Assembly (NCBI GenBank): GCA_963727455.1
Contig: CAVSGG010000007.1
Coordinates: 96,001-160,000, forward strand
Direction of reading: 5' to 3'
From: Candidatus Krumholzibacteriota bacterium
GTDB taxonomy: Bacteria; Krumholzibacteriota; Krumholzibacteriia; JAJRXK01
Length of the DNA: 64,000 nt
Shown here one piece after another: positions 19,389 through 28,581 of the stretch. The notes below the pieces were generated by a model that saw only the letters and a program-made list of their open reading frames with translations, was not told the origin of the DNA and searched no databases. The translations under genes and the position numbers were made by a program. Numbering within the stretch: position 1 is the first letter of the stretch; the number at the start of each line of letters is the position of its first letter.

Positions 19389-20230
19389 ACGGAAGAGAAC
19401 TCCAGGAAGCTTACGCCGACAAACCGCCGGCGACCCTCGAGCCCTCACTCACCATCGGTCTGGTGTACAACGCCGCGGTGAAGGAGCTGGTACGGCGCAA
19501 ACGCCTCGTATTCTTGGGCATGGCCGTGGTCTTTCCCCTCGTGCTCACCATCATCTGGCGCTTCTACGGAACCGAAGAGATCTCGCCCACGGAGTTCTTC
19601 GCCAACATCGGCGGCCTGGTCTATCTCAAAGCACTGGTCTATCTGGTGAGCCTTTTCTTCGGAGTTCCCACCATCCACGACGAGGTGGAGGGAAGGACCA
19701 TCACCTATCTCTTTACCCGCCCGCTCTCCCGTGGCGCAGTGTACGCCGGTCGCCTGCTCGCAGTGCAGAGTATCTCGGCCTTGGTGCTGACCGCCTCCTT
19801 GGCCGTATGTTTTCTGTTGATGGTGGTGGGCAATGCGCAGGCCATCAATCTCGACTTCATCGAGGTCTATACCAATTACTTCCTGGTGATCCTCTTGGCC
19901 GTATTCTGCTACACGGCTATCTTCGCGTTCATGGGTACCGTCTTCAAACGGCCGCTCATCTGGGGAATCCTTTACATCTTCGCGTGGGAAAGCACGGTTA
20001 GCGTGGCTCCGATGCGCTTGCAGATGTGGACCCTCGAGTGGCACCTGCGCAATCTCATCGTGAGCCGGCAGGACGTGCAGGCGTCGCTGACCGATTTCGT
20101 CCGGGGCCTGCTCTCCGTGGAATACAGTCTGCCCCTCTGGGGTTCTCTGTTCATCCTTCTGGGCGTGGTGACTCTCTTCACATTCCTCGGGGGGATGGTG
20201 TTCGGGCGCAAGGAATACGTGATCAACTGA
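19385..20230 (+). CDS. ABC-2 type permease
   Basis: Multiple transmembrane segments; DEVEGRTITYLFTRPLSR motif. Confidence 0.85.
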   Translation: MNGRELQEAYADKPPATLEPSLTIGLVYNAAVKELVRRKRLVFLGMAVVFPLVLTIIWRFYGTEEISPTEFFANIGGLVYLKALVYLVSLFFGVPTIHDEVEGRTITYLFTRPLSRGAVYAGRLLAVQSISALVLTASLAVCFLLMVVGNAQAINLDFIEVYTNYFLVILLAVFCYTAIFAFMGTVFKRPLIWGILYIFAWESTVSVAPMRLQMWTLEWHLRNLIVSRQDVQASLTDFVRGLLSVEYSLPLWGSLFILLGVVTLFTFLGGMVFGRKEYVIN

Positions 20231-20832
20231 TGGTGCGCGGCGGGTTTCCCGCGTACCGGCGTTTGGGCCGGCGATTCTTCGCGCGGAGCGCCGAGGAACT
20301 CGCGCCAGATCTTCTGGGCTGCGCTTTGGTTCTCCGCGTCGGTGGGCTGACCCTGGCCATCAAGCTGGTCGAGGTGGAGGCCTATCTGGGGCAGGGAGAG
20401 GATCCCGCGAGCCACGCGTTTCGGGGTAAGACAGCCCGCAATCAGCAGATGTTCGCAACCCCGGGCCACCTTTACGTGTATTTCACCTACGGCATGCACT
20501 ACTGCTCGAACGTGGTGGCAGAGAAGAAGGGTGTGGCAGGAGCGGTTCTGCTACGCGCCGGTGAAGTGTTGCAGGGGGCCGAGCTGATGGGTGCGCGCCG
20601 TGGGCGCAAGGGCGTGGAAATCGCGAACGGTCCGGCCAAGCTCTGCCAGGCCCTGGGCCTCGACTTGCGTCACAACGGTTTGGATCTCACTCGGGACGAG
20701 TTGGGAATTTGGCCCTTTGCCGCGCCGAAGCGCGTGGCTCGATCCAGCCGCATTGGAGTAAGAGAAGGAAGGGAGCTCCGTCTGCGTTTCTTCGACCCTG
20801 GGTCCCCCTTTATCTCCGGGAAACGAGGATGA
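20230..20832 (+). CDS. mpg: DNA-3-methyladenine glycosylase (AAG/MPG family)
   Basis: VEVEAYLG..DPASHAF, YVYFTYGMHYC, AVLLRAGE, NGPAKLCQALG, RIGV. Confidence 0.93.
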   Translation: MVRGGFPAYRRLGRRFFARSAEELAPDLLGCALVLRVGGLTLAIKLVEVEAYLGQGEDPASHAFRGKTARNQQMFATPGHLYVYFTYGMHYCSNVVAEKKGVAGAVLLRAGEVLQGAELMGARRGRKGVEIANGPAKLCQALGLDLRHNGLDLTRDELGIWPFAAPKRVARSSRIGVREGRELRLRFFDPGSPFISGKRG

Positions 20833-20971
20833 ATCTACCTTTGACCCCCGGTGGGAAGGGTTGGTACCCTACTTTGCTTCCGGACGTGACCGGCGAGAGA
20901 AATTTGCATCTCGCGCTCACGTCTCCACTTTTTCTTCGACCCCGTGAAAGTTTCAACCCAGAGGAGGGCAG

Positions 20972-22486
20972 ATGCGACGCGCACTCCTGACTTCGCTTCT
21001 TCTTTTGACGATGCTCGTGCTCGGTGCCATTGCGGCGCCGGCCCAGGACATCGCCAAGCTGGAGAAGAACATCAGCACATTCACGCTGGACAACGGTCTC
21101 AAATTCATCGTGGTCGAACGCCACGATTCTCCGGTGTTCAGCTACGTGTCCATGTGCAAAGTCGGATCAGTGAACGAAGTTCCCGGCATCACCGGCTTGG
21201 CGCACATGTTCGAACACATGGCCTTCAAAGGCACCGATGTCATCGGTACCAAGGATTACTCCAAGGAGAAGAAGGCGCTCGACGCAGTGGACGAGGCGCA
21301 GGCTGCTTGGTGGCAGACCAAGCTGAAGGGCGCCTCCGACGAAGAGGTCGCGAAGGCCAAAGAGGCGATGCAGAAGGCCGAGCAGGCCGCCGACGAGTAC
21401 GTGGTCAAGAACGAGTTCGGCAGCATCGTGGAGCAGGCGGGTGGCACTGGCCTCAACGCGTCTACCCAGTCGGACGTCACGACCTACTTCTACAATCTTC
21501 CCAGCAACAAGCTACAGCTGTGGGCCTATCTCGAGTCGCAGCGCTACATCCACCCGGTCCTCCGCGAGTTCTACAAGGAACGGGACGTGGTGGAAGAAGA
21601 GCGTCGTATGCGCACCGAGTCCAGCTCCTTCGGCCGCTTGCTCGAGGAGTTCATCACCACGGCCTACAAGGCGCATCCCTACGGGCAACCCACGGTCGGA
21701 CACATGAGCGATCTCGAGGCCTTCACGCGCAAGGACGCGCTCAAGTTCCATGCGAAGTACTACGTGCCTGGCAACGTGGTCATGTGTTTGGTGGGCGACA
21801 TCGACCCCAAGGAAGTGCAGTCGCTCGCGAAGAAGTACTTCGGACCGTGGAAAGCGGGTCCCGTTCCCGAGCCAGTCCGGACCGTCGAGCCTCCGCAAAT
21901 TGCCGAGCGCACCGTGACTTTGAAAGATCCCGGTCAGCCTCTGTTGGTCATGGGCTATCACAAGCCCGCGGCCTCGAGCCCCGATGACGCGGCCTTCGAC
22001 GTCTTGACCGAAGTTATGGCCAACGGGCGCAGCAGCCGCCTCTACAAGAAGCTCGTGAAGGAGGACCAGTCGGCCGTGAGCGTCGGCGCCTTCACCGGCT
22101 TCCCCGGACAGCTTTACCCTGGGCTCTTTCTCACCTTCGCCGTGCCCGCGAAGGGCTTCACCGCGGCCCAGTGCGAGAGCAGCATTCTGAAGGAATTCGA
22201 GAAGGCGAAGTCCGGCGACATCACCGCCGAAGAGCTCGAGGGAGCGAAAACGCGCCTGAAGGCCAACTGGATTCGCCAGGTGCGTTCCGACACCGGCATG
22301 GCGCGCACCCTGTGCAGCGCCCAGGTCATTCTGGGGGACTGGCAGAAGGCTCTGAGTTATCCCAGCGAGGTCGACGCGGTGACCCTGGACGACCTCCAGC
22401 GTCTGTGTAAGACCTACCTGATCGAGAAGAATCTGACCGTCGGAACCATCGTGACCGAGGAGAAGGGAGCCGAAGATGCGAGCTAG
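20972..22486 (+). CDS. M16 (pitrilysin) zinc protease, catalytic subunit, secreted
   Basis: Signal peptide; TGLAHMFEHMAFKGT (HxxEH); ERDVVEEERR. Confidence 0.92.
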   Translation: MRRALLTSLLLLTMLVLGAIAAPAQDIAKLEKNISTFTLDNGLKFIVVERHDSPVFSYVSMCKVGSVNEVPGITGLAHMFEHMAFKGTDVIGTKDYSKEKKALDAVDEAQAAWWQTKLKGASDEEVAKAKEAMQKAEQAADEYVVKNEFGSIVEQAGGTGLNASTQSDVTTYFYNLPSNKLQLWAYLESQRYIHPVLREFYKERDVVEEERRMRTESSSFGRLLEEFITTAYKAHPYGQPTVGHMSDLEAFTRKDALKFHAKYYVPGNVVMCLVGDIDPKEVQSLAKKYFGPWKAGPVPEPVRTVEPPQIAERTVTLKDPGQPLLVMGYHKPAASSPDDAAFDVLTEVMANGRSSRLYKKLVKEDQSAVSVGAFTGFPGQLYPGLFLTFAVPAKGFTAAQCESSILKEFEKAKSGDITAEELEGAKTRLKANWIRQVRSDTGMARTLCSAQVILGDWQKALSYPSEVDAVTLDDLQRLCKTYLIEKNLTVGTIVTEEKGAEDAS

Positions 22487-24632
22487 AGTAAGCCGGAGCC
22501 TATCGGCCGCGCTTGCCGTGGCCGTCCTCTTTCCCCTTTTGCTCGTTTCGAGCGCCACCGACGCCAGCGCGGCCAATCGGCCGTGGGAGAATTTCCACTA
22601 CCCCGAATTGGGGAAAGTCCAGGTGCCGGATTACCAGCGACACGAGTTGGACAACGGCATGGTGATCTACCTCATGGAAGATCATGATTGGCCGCTGGTC
22701 GAAGGCCGGGTCCTGATTCGCACCGGATCGGTCTACGAGCCGGCCGCCAAAGTCGGTCTGGCCGAGATCGAAGGTGAGGTGCTGCGCACCGGCGGTACCG
22801 AGACCATCAGCGGAGACGATCTCGACGATTTGCTCGCGGGCATGGGAGCCTCGATCGAGAGTTCAGTGGAGGACACACGGGGCACCGTGAGCTTCTCCTT
22901 CCTGCGCAAGGATGCCAAGCGCGGGCTGGAGCTGGTGGGAGACATCCTGCAGCATCCCGCCTTCGAGGACGCCAAGATCGATCTGGCCAAGACCTCACAG
23001 CGCGCGGCCATCGCGCGCCGCAACGACGAGCTCATGTCGATCTTGCGCCGTGAAATTCCCAAGGCGATCTGGGGTCCCGATCACCCCTATGCGCGCAATA
23101 CCGAGTACGCGACCATCGACGCGATCACGCGCGACGACCTGGTCGATTTCTACCAGTACTTCTACCACCCCGAGAACATGATGCTCGCGGTGTGGGGCGA
23201 CTTCGATTCGAAGGAGATGCTTGCTCAGCTGAAGGACCAGTTCGGTGGATGGAAGAGGGTGGACAATCCCATTCCCGCCTTGCCCAAGGCCCCCAAGGAG
23301 GAGACACGCCGCGTACTGGTGGCGAACAAGGACGACGTAACCCAGAGCTGGTTCGCGGCGGGGCAAGTAGGCATGAAGATGGACGATCCCGATTACTATT
23401 CGATGATCGTGATGAATCGGATTCTGGGCGGAGGTTTCTCCTCGCGTCTGTTCAACGAGGTCCGAAGCAATCTGGGCCTGGCCTATACCGTGGGCAGCTC
23501 CGCCGGAGTTGGGATGGCGCACAAGGGTACATTCATGACCTACTGCGGAACCAAGAACTCCTCGGTGGACAAGGCCCTGGGAGCGGTGCTCAAGCAGGTG
23601 GACAAGATCCGTGAGTCCGAGGTGGATCAGGACGAGCTGACCAAGGCCAAGGAAGCCATGCTCAATTCGTACGTCTTCAACTTCGTGCGCAAGAGCCAGA
23701 CTCTGACCCGCCTGCAGACCTACGAGTTCCTGGGCTACCCCAGCGACTTCCTGCAGCAGTATCCTGACAAAATCCGCGCGGTCACCGCGAAGGACGTGCA
23801 GGACGTGGCACAGAGCCGCATTCATCCCGAAGACTTCGCCATCGTCGCGGTGGGCAAGAAATCGGAATGGGACGGAGATCTCACCGAATTCGGCCCGGTA
23901 GAGGACCTGGACATCAGTATCCCCGAACCTGAGGGGCCCCAGTTCCCCGAGGCCACGGCGGAGACGATCGAGAAGGGCCACGCCATCATGGCTGCGGCAC
24001 AGAAAGCGCTCGGAGGCGAAAAGCTCAGCAAGCTTTCCAGCCTCCATCGCCAGGACAAGGCCAACCTGAGCGTGCAGGGGATGAGCATCAACATCGGCCT
24101 GAATTCCTGGACGCTCTATCCCAGCAGTGCGCGCGTGGAGATCAGCATGCCCATGGGGAACATGGTGCAGGCGGTGTCCGCCGACGGGGCGTGGGCCAAG
24201 GGTCCGCAGGGTATGCAGGATTTGGGAGAGGAGCAGGCCGCGAAGCAACGGGAAGGAATCATCGAGGATGTCCACTATCTCGCGGGACACTTCGACTCCT
24301 TCCAGCTCCAAGCGCTTCCCTCCGAAATGGTGGGTGATACGAAAGCGGACGTCGTGCTGGTGTGGCTGAGCGACAAGAAATGGGTCAAGTTCTACTTCGA
24401 TCCCAGCACGCACATGCCACTCAAGCAGGCGGACATGGCGAAGAACATGATCACGCAGGCGATGGGTCTGCAGGAATCGACTTTCAGCGATTGGAAGGAT
24501 TACGGGGGAATTCTCTTCCCGCAGAAGGTGAACGTCACGCACGGTGGCGATCCGCTCATGAACGTCGAGACGCAGAGCATCGAGATCAACCCGAAGATCG
24601 ATCCCTCGATCTTCGAAAAACCGCAGAGTTAA
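22476..24632 (+). CDS. M16 protease non-catalytic subunit with an extra C-terminal beta-rich domain
   Basis: Signal peptide; no HxxEH; SSRLFNEVRSNLGLAY (R/Y pair); C-terminal ...TFSDWKDYGGILFP...IEINPKID domain. Confidence 0.85.
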   Translation: MRARVSRSLSAALAVAVLFPLLLVSSATDASAANRPWENFHYPELGKVQVPDYQRHELDNGMVIYLMEDHDWPLVEGRVLIRTGSVYEPAAKVGLAEIEGEVLRTGGTETISGDDLDDLLAGMGASIESSVEDTRGTVSFSFLRKDAKRGLELVGDILQHPAFEDAKIDLAKTSQRAAIARRNDELMSILRREIPKAIWGPDHPYARNTEYATIDAITRDDLVDFYQYFYHPENMMLAVWGDFDSKEMLAQLKDQFGGWKRVDNPIPALPKAPKEETRRVLVANKDDVTQSWFAAGQVGMKMDDPDYYSMIVMNRILGGGFSSRLFNEVRSNLGLAYTVGSSAGVGMAHKGTFMTYCGTKNSSVDKALGAVLKQVDKIRESEVDQDELTKAKEAMLNSYVFNFVRKSQTLTRLQTYEFLGYPSDFLQQYPDKIRAVTAKDVQDVAQSRIHPEDFAIVAVGKKSEWDGDLTEFGPVEDLDISIPEPEGPQFPEATAETIEKGHAIMAAAQKALGGEKLSKLSSLHRQDKANLSVQGMSINIGLNSWTLYPSSARVEISMPMGNMVQAVSADGAWAKGPQGMQDLGEEQAAKQREGIIEDVHYLAGHFDSFQLQALPSEMVGDTKADVVLVWLSDKKWVKFYFDPSTHMPLKQADMAKNMITQAMGLQESTFSDWKDYGGILFPQKVNVTHGGDPLMNVETQSIEINPKIDPSIFEKPQS

Positions 24633-24652
24633 GAGTCTGCGCGCGTCGCATG

Positions 24653-24687
24653 AAAAAAGGCCCGGGACAATCGTCCCGGGCCTTTTT
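24653..24687. terminator. Bidirectional intrinsic terminator
   Basis: AAAAAA-GGCCCGGGAC-AATC-GTCCCGGGCC-TTTTT: perfect 10-bp stem with A/T tracts on both sides. Confidence 0.9.
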
Positions 24688-24805
24688 CGATCTTTAGTGC
24701 GAGCCGCCTCGAAGGCTGTCCCGGATTTTAAACGTGGTTAGCCGAACCGAGTGGCCAATAGGAGGCAGCCCGCAAGTTAGAGCATAGTTTACCCGCCTAG
24801 AGCTG
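24653..24805 (-). ncRNA. Candidate structured non-coding RNA
   Basis: Intergenic segment with no credible ORF. Nested stems on the minus strand (TAGGCGGGT/GCTCGCACTA; GGGCTGCCTCC/GGGACAGCCT) ending at the bidirectional terminator. Confidence 0.4.
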
Positions 24806-25002
24806 GCTAGAAGAAATCGAGGCTTTCCCTGCGGCGCAATTGCAATCGCGGAACGCGCTTCCCGGCGGGAGCTTGCGGGGGAAGGTCGGCGAACTCAGCA
24901 ACTTCTTTACTAGCAACATTTTGAGTAGAGCTGCCAAAGTGTCAGACGCTTGGCAGGCCGAAAAACTGTGAGAATTCGCGAAGGGGAAGGGCCTCGGCCC
25001 GT

Positions 25003-25857
25003 TCAGAGGGCGAACGGCCGGTCCGCGTAGCCCGCCGTCGTGCGCCCCAGGTAGGCGGCCAGGCTGGGGGCGAGCCGCAGTGCGTGGAGTTTGCTGGGCC
25101 AGGCCCCCGGCGCGCGGCAGCCCAGCCCCAAGAGAATCCCCTCTTCCTGCGGCTGGCACACCAAGCTTCCCACCGACGCCCTCTCCGCTTCGAAGCTGAA
25201 GCCCTCGCGGGCCAGGGCCAGCAGCTGCTCTCCGTTCTCGCTGCGAACGCCGAGGACCTCGAGCGTCTCTCCCTGGAGCACGCGCTCCACACCACGAAGG
25301 CGCAAGAGCGCCTCGCGCACCTCGTCGCGCCGCGCGACTTGCGCGCAGCGGAAGCGCAGGATCGCACTCTCGACCTCGACTTCTCCCGCGGTCGCGTGGG
25401 GAAGTCGTTCCCATTGGATGCACTCAGCTGCCGCGCGAGCGCACGCGACACCGGCCAGAAGCAGCAGTTCCCCGTCCTCGCGGGTCTCAAAGAGTGTGCG
25501 CAACTCGTCGTCCAGCTCCGCGGCTACCCTAGAGCGGGCCAGGGAATCCAGTCCTTCGGCGCGAGCGTGTTCGAGCAGGCGCCCGTCCACGCGCACGCGC
25601 AGTTGAGGCGCGAACTCCGTCACCGAAGGGGCGCGGATCGACGAATCCACCGTGTCCCGCGAGAGTACGCGGCCATGCACGGCCGGGCTCTGTCCGCACA
25701 GGGCCGAGTGGATGACCACATCGGGCAAGCAGGGAAAGGGCGGAACCAATTCGGACACGTGTCCTGGATCCCGCGCGGAACTGAGCCACGGCAACGCTTC
25801 TTCCCGCAGGAGGCGTTGGCTGAGTCCCGGTAGGAAAATGAGGAGCACCCGGCTCAT
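25003..25857 (-). CDS. Degenerate alkaline phosphatase/nucleotide pyrophosphatase-superfamily protein
   Basis: MSRVLLIFLPGLS...ELVPPFPCLPDVVIHSALCGQSPAVHG resembles the NPP N-terminal motif. ATGA overlap with the upstream gene. Confidence 0.55.
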   Translation of the reverse strand: MSRVLLIFLPGLSQRLLREEALPWLSSARDPGHVSELVPPFPCLPDVVIHSALCGQSPAVHGRVLSRDTVDSSIRAPSVTEFAPQLRVRVDGRLLEHARAEGLDSLARSRVAAELDDELRTLFETREDGELLLLAGVACARAAAECIQWERLPHATAGEVEVESAILRFRCAQVARRDEVREALLRLRGVERVLQGETLEVLGVRSENGEQLLALAREGFSFEAERASVGSLVCQPQEEGILLGLGCRAPGAWPSKLHALRLAPSLAAYLGRTTAGYADRPFAL

Positions 25858-27920
25858 GGCTTGCGGGCTTTCTCTGGCTTTTCGCGCAGGAAGTAGCGGT
25901 AGTGCCACGCCTCGGGGTGGTAGCCCTTGCTCTCGGCGGTTTCGGGGGGATAGCTCAGATCGAAGCCGTAGGTTTTTGCATGAACCTTCAGCCAGTGTCC
26001 CTCTTCGGTTTGCGCGAAGGAGGGATCGACTGCGTGTTTCAGGGCGACGTCGGCGAAGTCGACGGTGGTGCCGAGTTGGTGTTCGCTGGTGCCGGGAGCC
26101 GCCACCCAACGCTGATTCTCTCCGTAGCGTTCTTGGGCACGCCGGAAGAGCTCCTGCTGACGTTCGTAGGAACGGTACGCGCTCACCACGCGCAGCTGCA
26201 CCCCGTCCTCTTTGGCCGCGTCGACCATCCGCAAGAGAGCCACGAGCGCTTCGCGGCGCAATCGCAAACCACGCCGGGAGGCTGGTGGCACCGGAATTTC
26301 CTGAAGCTCGTCGGGGACGAAATTCGCAGGGAGTGGGTGGCTCTGATCCACCGTGATCCGCGCCCCGGTGGAATCTGCGCTCGGCGTGCTTTTCTTCGAC
26401 ACTGCGCTGCTGTCGGGCGCCGTACGAGTTTGCAGAATCAACGCGCCCTGAAATTCCTCTGCCAGTACGCGGCAGCTGTCCAAGAACGCACTCCACTCTG
26501 GCCCCTTCGCCCAGCGCGAAGCTCTTCCCTCGCCGAGGGCGATGATCCGCGCCTCGCGCAACGGTTCCCGTTGCTGCAGCTGGCGCAGGACATCGGGAGT
26601 CTCGGGCAGGAAGACACAGGTGCGGCGCGCTTCAAAGGCGAGCACCGAGCTGTCGCAAAAGAACGGCGAGCCCGGCACGCCCGCATCCTGAAGCTCGCGT
26701 ACGATCTTCGCGTCGGGATGGCGCACGGTGAGCGGCCAGATGCGCGCGTCGGTAAACAGGGTGGCGCTGGCTCGAGGGGGCACGAGCCAGGGGCCGAAGA
26801 TCGCGAGCAGGCCGACGCAGAGGACGACCGCCGCCTGGAAGCTCTGCGCGAGCCGCGCCATGCCGCGGCCCACCCACAGGCACGCTACCGGAAGCAAAGG
26901 GAGCAGAGGACGGAATTCGGAGCTCCAGGGGGCGAGGATCGCAAAGACCGCGATTCCCAGGCATGCGTCCCACAGAGCGAGGCGAATGTGTTGCTTCGCT
27001 CCCCAGAGGGCCAGGACCACCAGAGGCCAGCTCAGCCAATGATTGAACTGCAAGAGGTGCATCTTGAGATGATGCAGGCCCAGCCGCAGCACCTCGCCGC
27101 CTCGTTCGGCGAGAACCTGTCCGGTGGGAATGGGAACGAGCCCGCGATAGGCGCCCAGCCCCCCCGGCGCGTCCAGATTGCGCGCTAGCTCCGCATAGGA
27201 CTGTATGAGTCCCAGGGGGTTACCGGTCGTCAACCAAACGTGAAGGTACCAGGGTCCAGCGCTGAGGGCGGCGCCGGTAAGGACGAGAAGACCACCGCGA
27301 TCGTAACGACCCCCTCGCGCGAAGAAGGCCGCGGCGGCCATGAGCCAACCCGTGGGGTGCAAGAGCGGCAAGAGTCCGTACAAGCACCCGCAGGCAAGAT
27401 GGGCCCACGCCCCCCTGCCCTTGGGCTTGAAATTCCACAGGATGAGGACGATCAGGCCCATCGCGATTTCGGGTCCTGCTTCGGCGACGATTCTCCAGGT
27501 GGTGAACGAAGACATGAATGCGAGCGCGGCGAAGCCGCCGGCCAGTTTCCCGAAAGGATCGAGCGCCGCGCCGAAGAACCACAGGAGGAGCGCGGTGAGG
27601 ATGGCGGAAACGAGCACCCCACTTTGCGCTCCCAATCCGAAATGAACTCCCGGGATCAAAAGGATGGGCCACAGCGGCGGGCGCGTGAGATTCGAAGGCG
27701 GCCAAGTTTCGTGGCCGGGAAAGCTCATTCTCAAGGGATAGACGATGAGCGTGGAGAGCTGGTGCCCTTGGGTGAATTGATAGGCTCTTCCCGCGTAGTC
27801 GTAGCGGTCGGAATTTGGGGCGCGCCAAACCATCAGCGCGTAAATGCTGGAGAAGATCAGCAGCGCGACCGCCAGGCCCCAGAAGAGCTGTGCGAGGCGA
27901 TCGGTGCGTTCAGGCGTCAT
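25854..27920 (-). CDS. Polytopic membrane (GT-C/ArnT-like) protein fused to a C-terminal VanY-type (M15B) D,D-carboxypeptidase
   Basis: About ten transmembrane segments with NSDRYDY..RPPLWP; C-terminal SAYRSYERQ, AAPGTSEHQLGTTVD, EAWHYRY. Start 27920 or 27950. Confidence 0.75.
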   Translation of the reverse strand: MTPERTDRLAQLFWGLAVALLIFSSIYALMVWRAPNSDRYDYAGRAYQFTQGHQLSTLIVYPLRMSFPGHETWPPSNLTRPPLWPILLIPGVHFGLGAQSGVLVSAILTALLLWFFGAALDPFGKLAGGFAALAFMSSFTTWRIVAEAGPEIAMGLIVLILWNFKPKGRGAWAHLACGCLYGLLPLLHPTGWLMAAAAFFARGGRYDRGGLLVLTGAALSAGPWYLHVWLTTGNPLGLIQSYAELARNLDAPGGLGAYRGLVPIPTGQVLAERGGEVLRLGLHHLKMHLLQFNHWLSWPLVVLALWGAKQHIRLALWDACLGIAVFAILAPWSSEFRPLLPLLPVACLWVGRGMARLAQSFQAAVVLCVGLLAIFGPWLVPPRASATLFTDARIWPLTVRHPDAKIVRELQDAGVPGSPFFCDSSVLAFEARRTCVFLPETPDVLRQLQQREPLREARIIALGEGRASRWAKGPEWSAFLDSCRVLAEEFQGALILQTRTAPDSSAVSKKSTPSADSTGARITVDQSHPLPANFVPDELQEIPVPPASRRGLRLRREALVALLRMVDAAKEDGVQLRVVSAYRSYERQQELFRRAQERYGENQRWVAAPGTSEHQLGTTVDFADVALKHAVDPSFAQTEEGHWLKVHAKTYGFDLSYPPETAESKGYHPEAWHYRYFLREKPEKARKP

Positions 27921-28518
27921 GGCGGGAGCCCGGCGCCTCCAGAGCTTCACCGCTCTTGCAGAGGGGACACTGCTTCGCTTGGAAGGTACGAACCTCTTCT
28001 CTGAGCAGGCAGTGTACGGCGAGATCGAGTTTCACCGTCTCCTCGCGCCGGTCCACGATGACCGCGATGGACTTGACGGTTCCCTCGCAACTCTCCACCA
28101 GGGTTCGCATCTCCTGTAGCGAAGTCCCGCGGGTGAGAACGTCGTCTACCAGCAGCGCGGATTCCCCTTTGCGCACGGTGAATCCTCGTCGCAGCTGCAG
28201 CTGTCCCTCTTTGCGCTCGCAAAAGACGTGTCGCCGACCCAGCGCGCGCGCCACTTCGTGACCAATGAGGATTCCTCCGACCGCCGGTGACAGAACCAAA
28301 TCGATCTCCAACTCATTGCACTTCTCGGCCAGGAGTCTTCCGAGTTCCTTGGCCAGATCCGGATACTGAAGGACCTTGGCGCATTGGAAGTAGCGGTCGC
28401 TGTGCAGCCCGCTACTCAGCTTGAAGTGCCCCTGCAGGATCGCACCCAACTCGACCAGACGATCGTGCACCTCGTCTGGCTTGAGATGTTGCTGGAAGGC
28501 AGAAGTTTCCGCGCTCAC
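27910..28518 (-). CDS. pyrE: Orotate phosphoribosyltransferase
   Basis: GHFKLSSGLHSDRYFQCA, PAVGGI, LVDDVLTRGTS. Confidence 0.95.
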   Translation of the reverse strand: MSAETSAFQQHLKPDEVHDRLVELGAILQGHFKLSSGLHSDRYFQCAKVLQYPDLAKELGRLLAEKCNELEIDLVLSPAVGGILIGHEVARALGRRHVFCERKEGQLQLRRGFTVRKGESALLVDDVLTRGTSLQEMRTLVESCEGTVKSIAVIVDRREETVKLDLAVHCLLREEVRTFQAKQCPLCKSGEALEAPGSRHDA

Positions 28519-28581
28519 TCCCCATCCTCCTGAAGCTCGTGTCCGGATTCGAACTGGTGGGCCGAAGTGACTTTCCGCAGC

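Noticed and set aside
24695-24800. SRP (4.5S) RNA, tRNA or c-di-GMP riboswitch
   Set aside because: GGAGGCAGCC only loosely resembles the SRP GGAAGCAGC motif and lacks the preceding CAGG-GNRA element; no cloverleaf or GEMM consensus was seen.
25854-26400. VanY domain as a vancomycin-resistance cluster
   Set aside because: No vanHAX or vanRS genes; M15B domains are common housekeeping carboxypeptidases.
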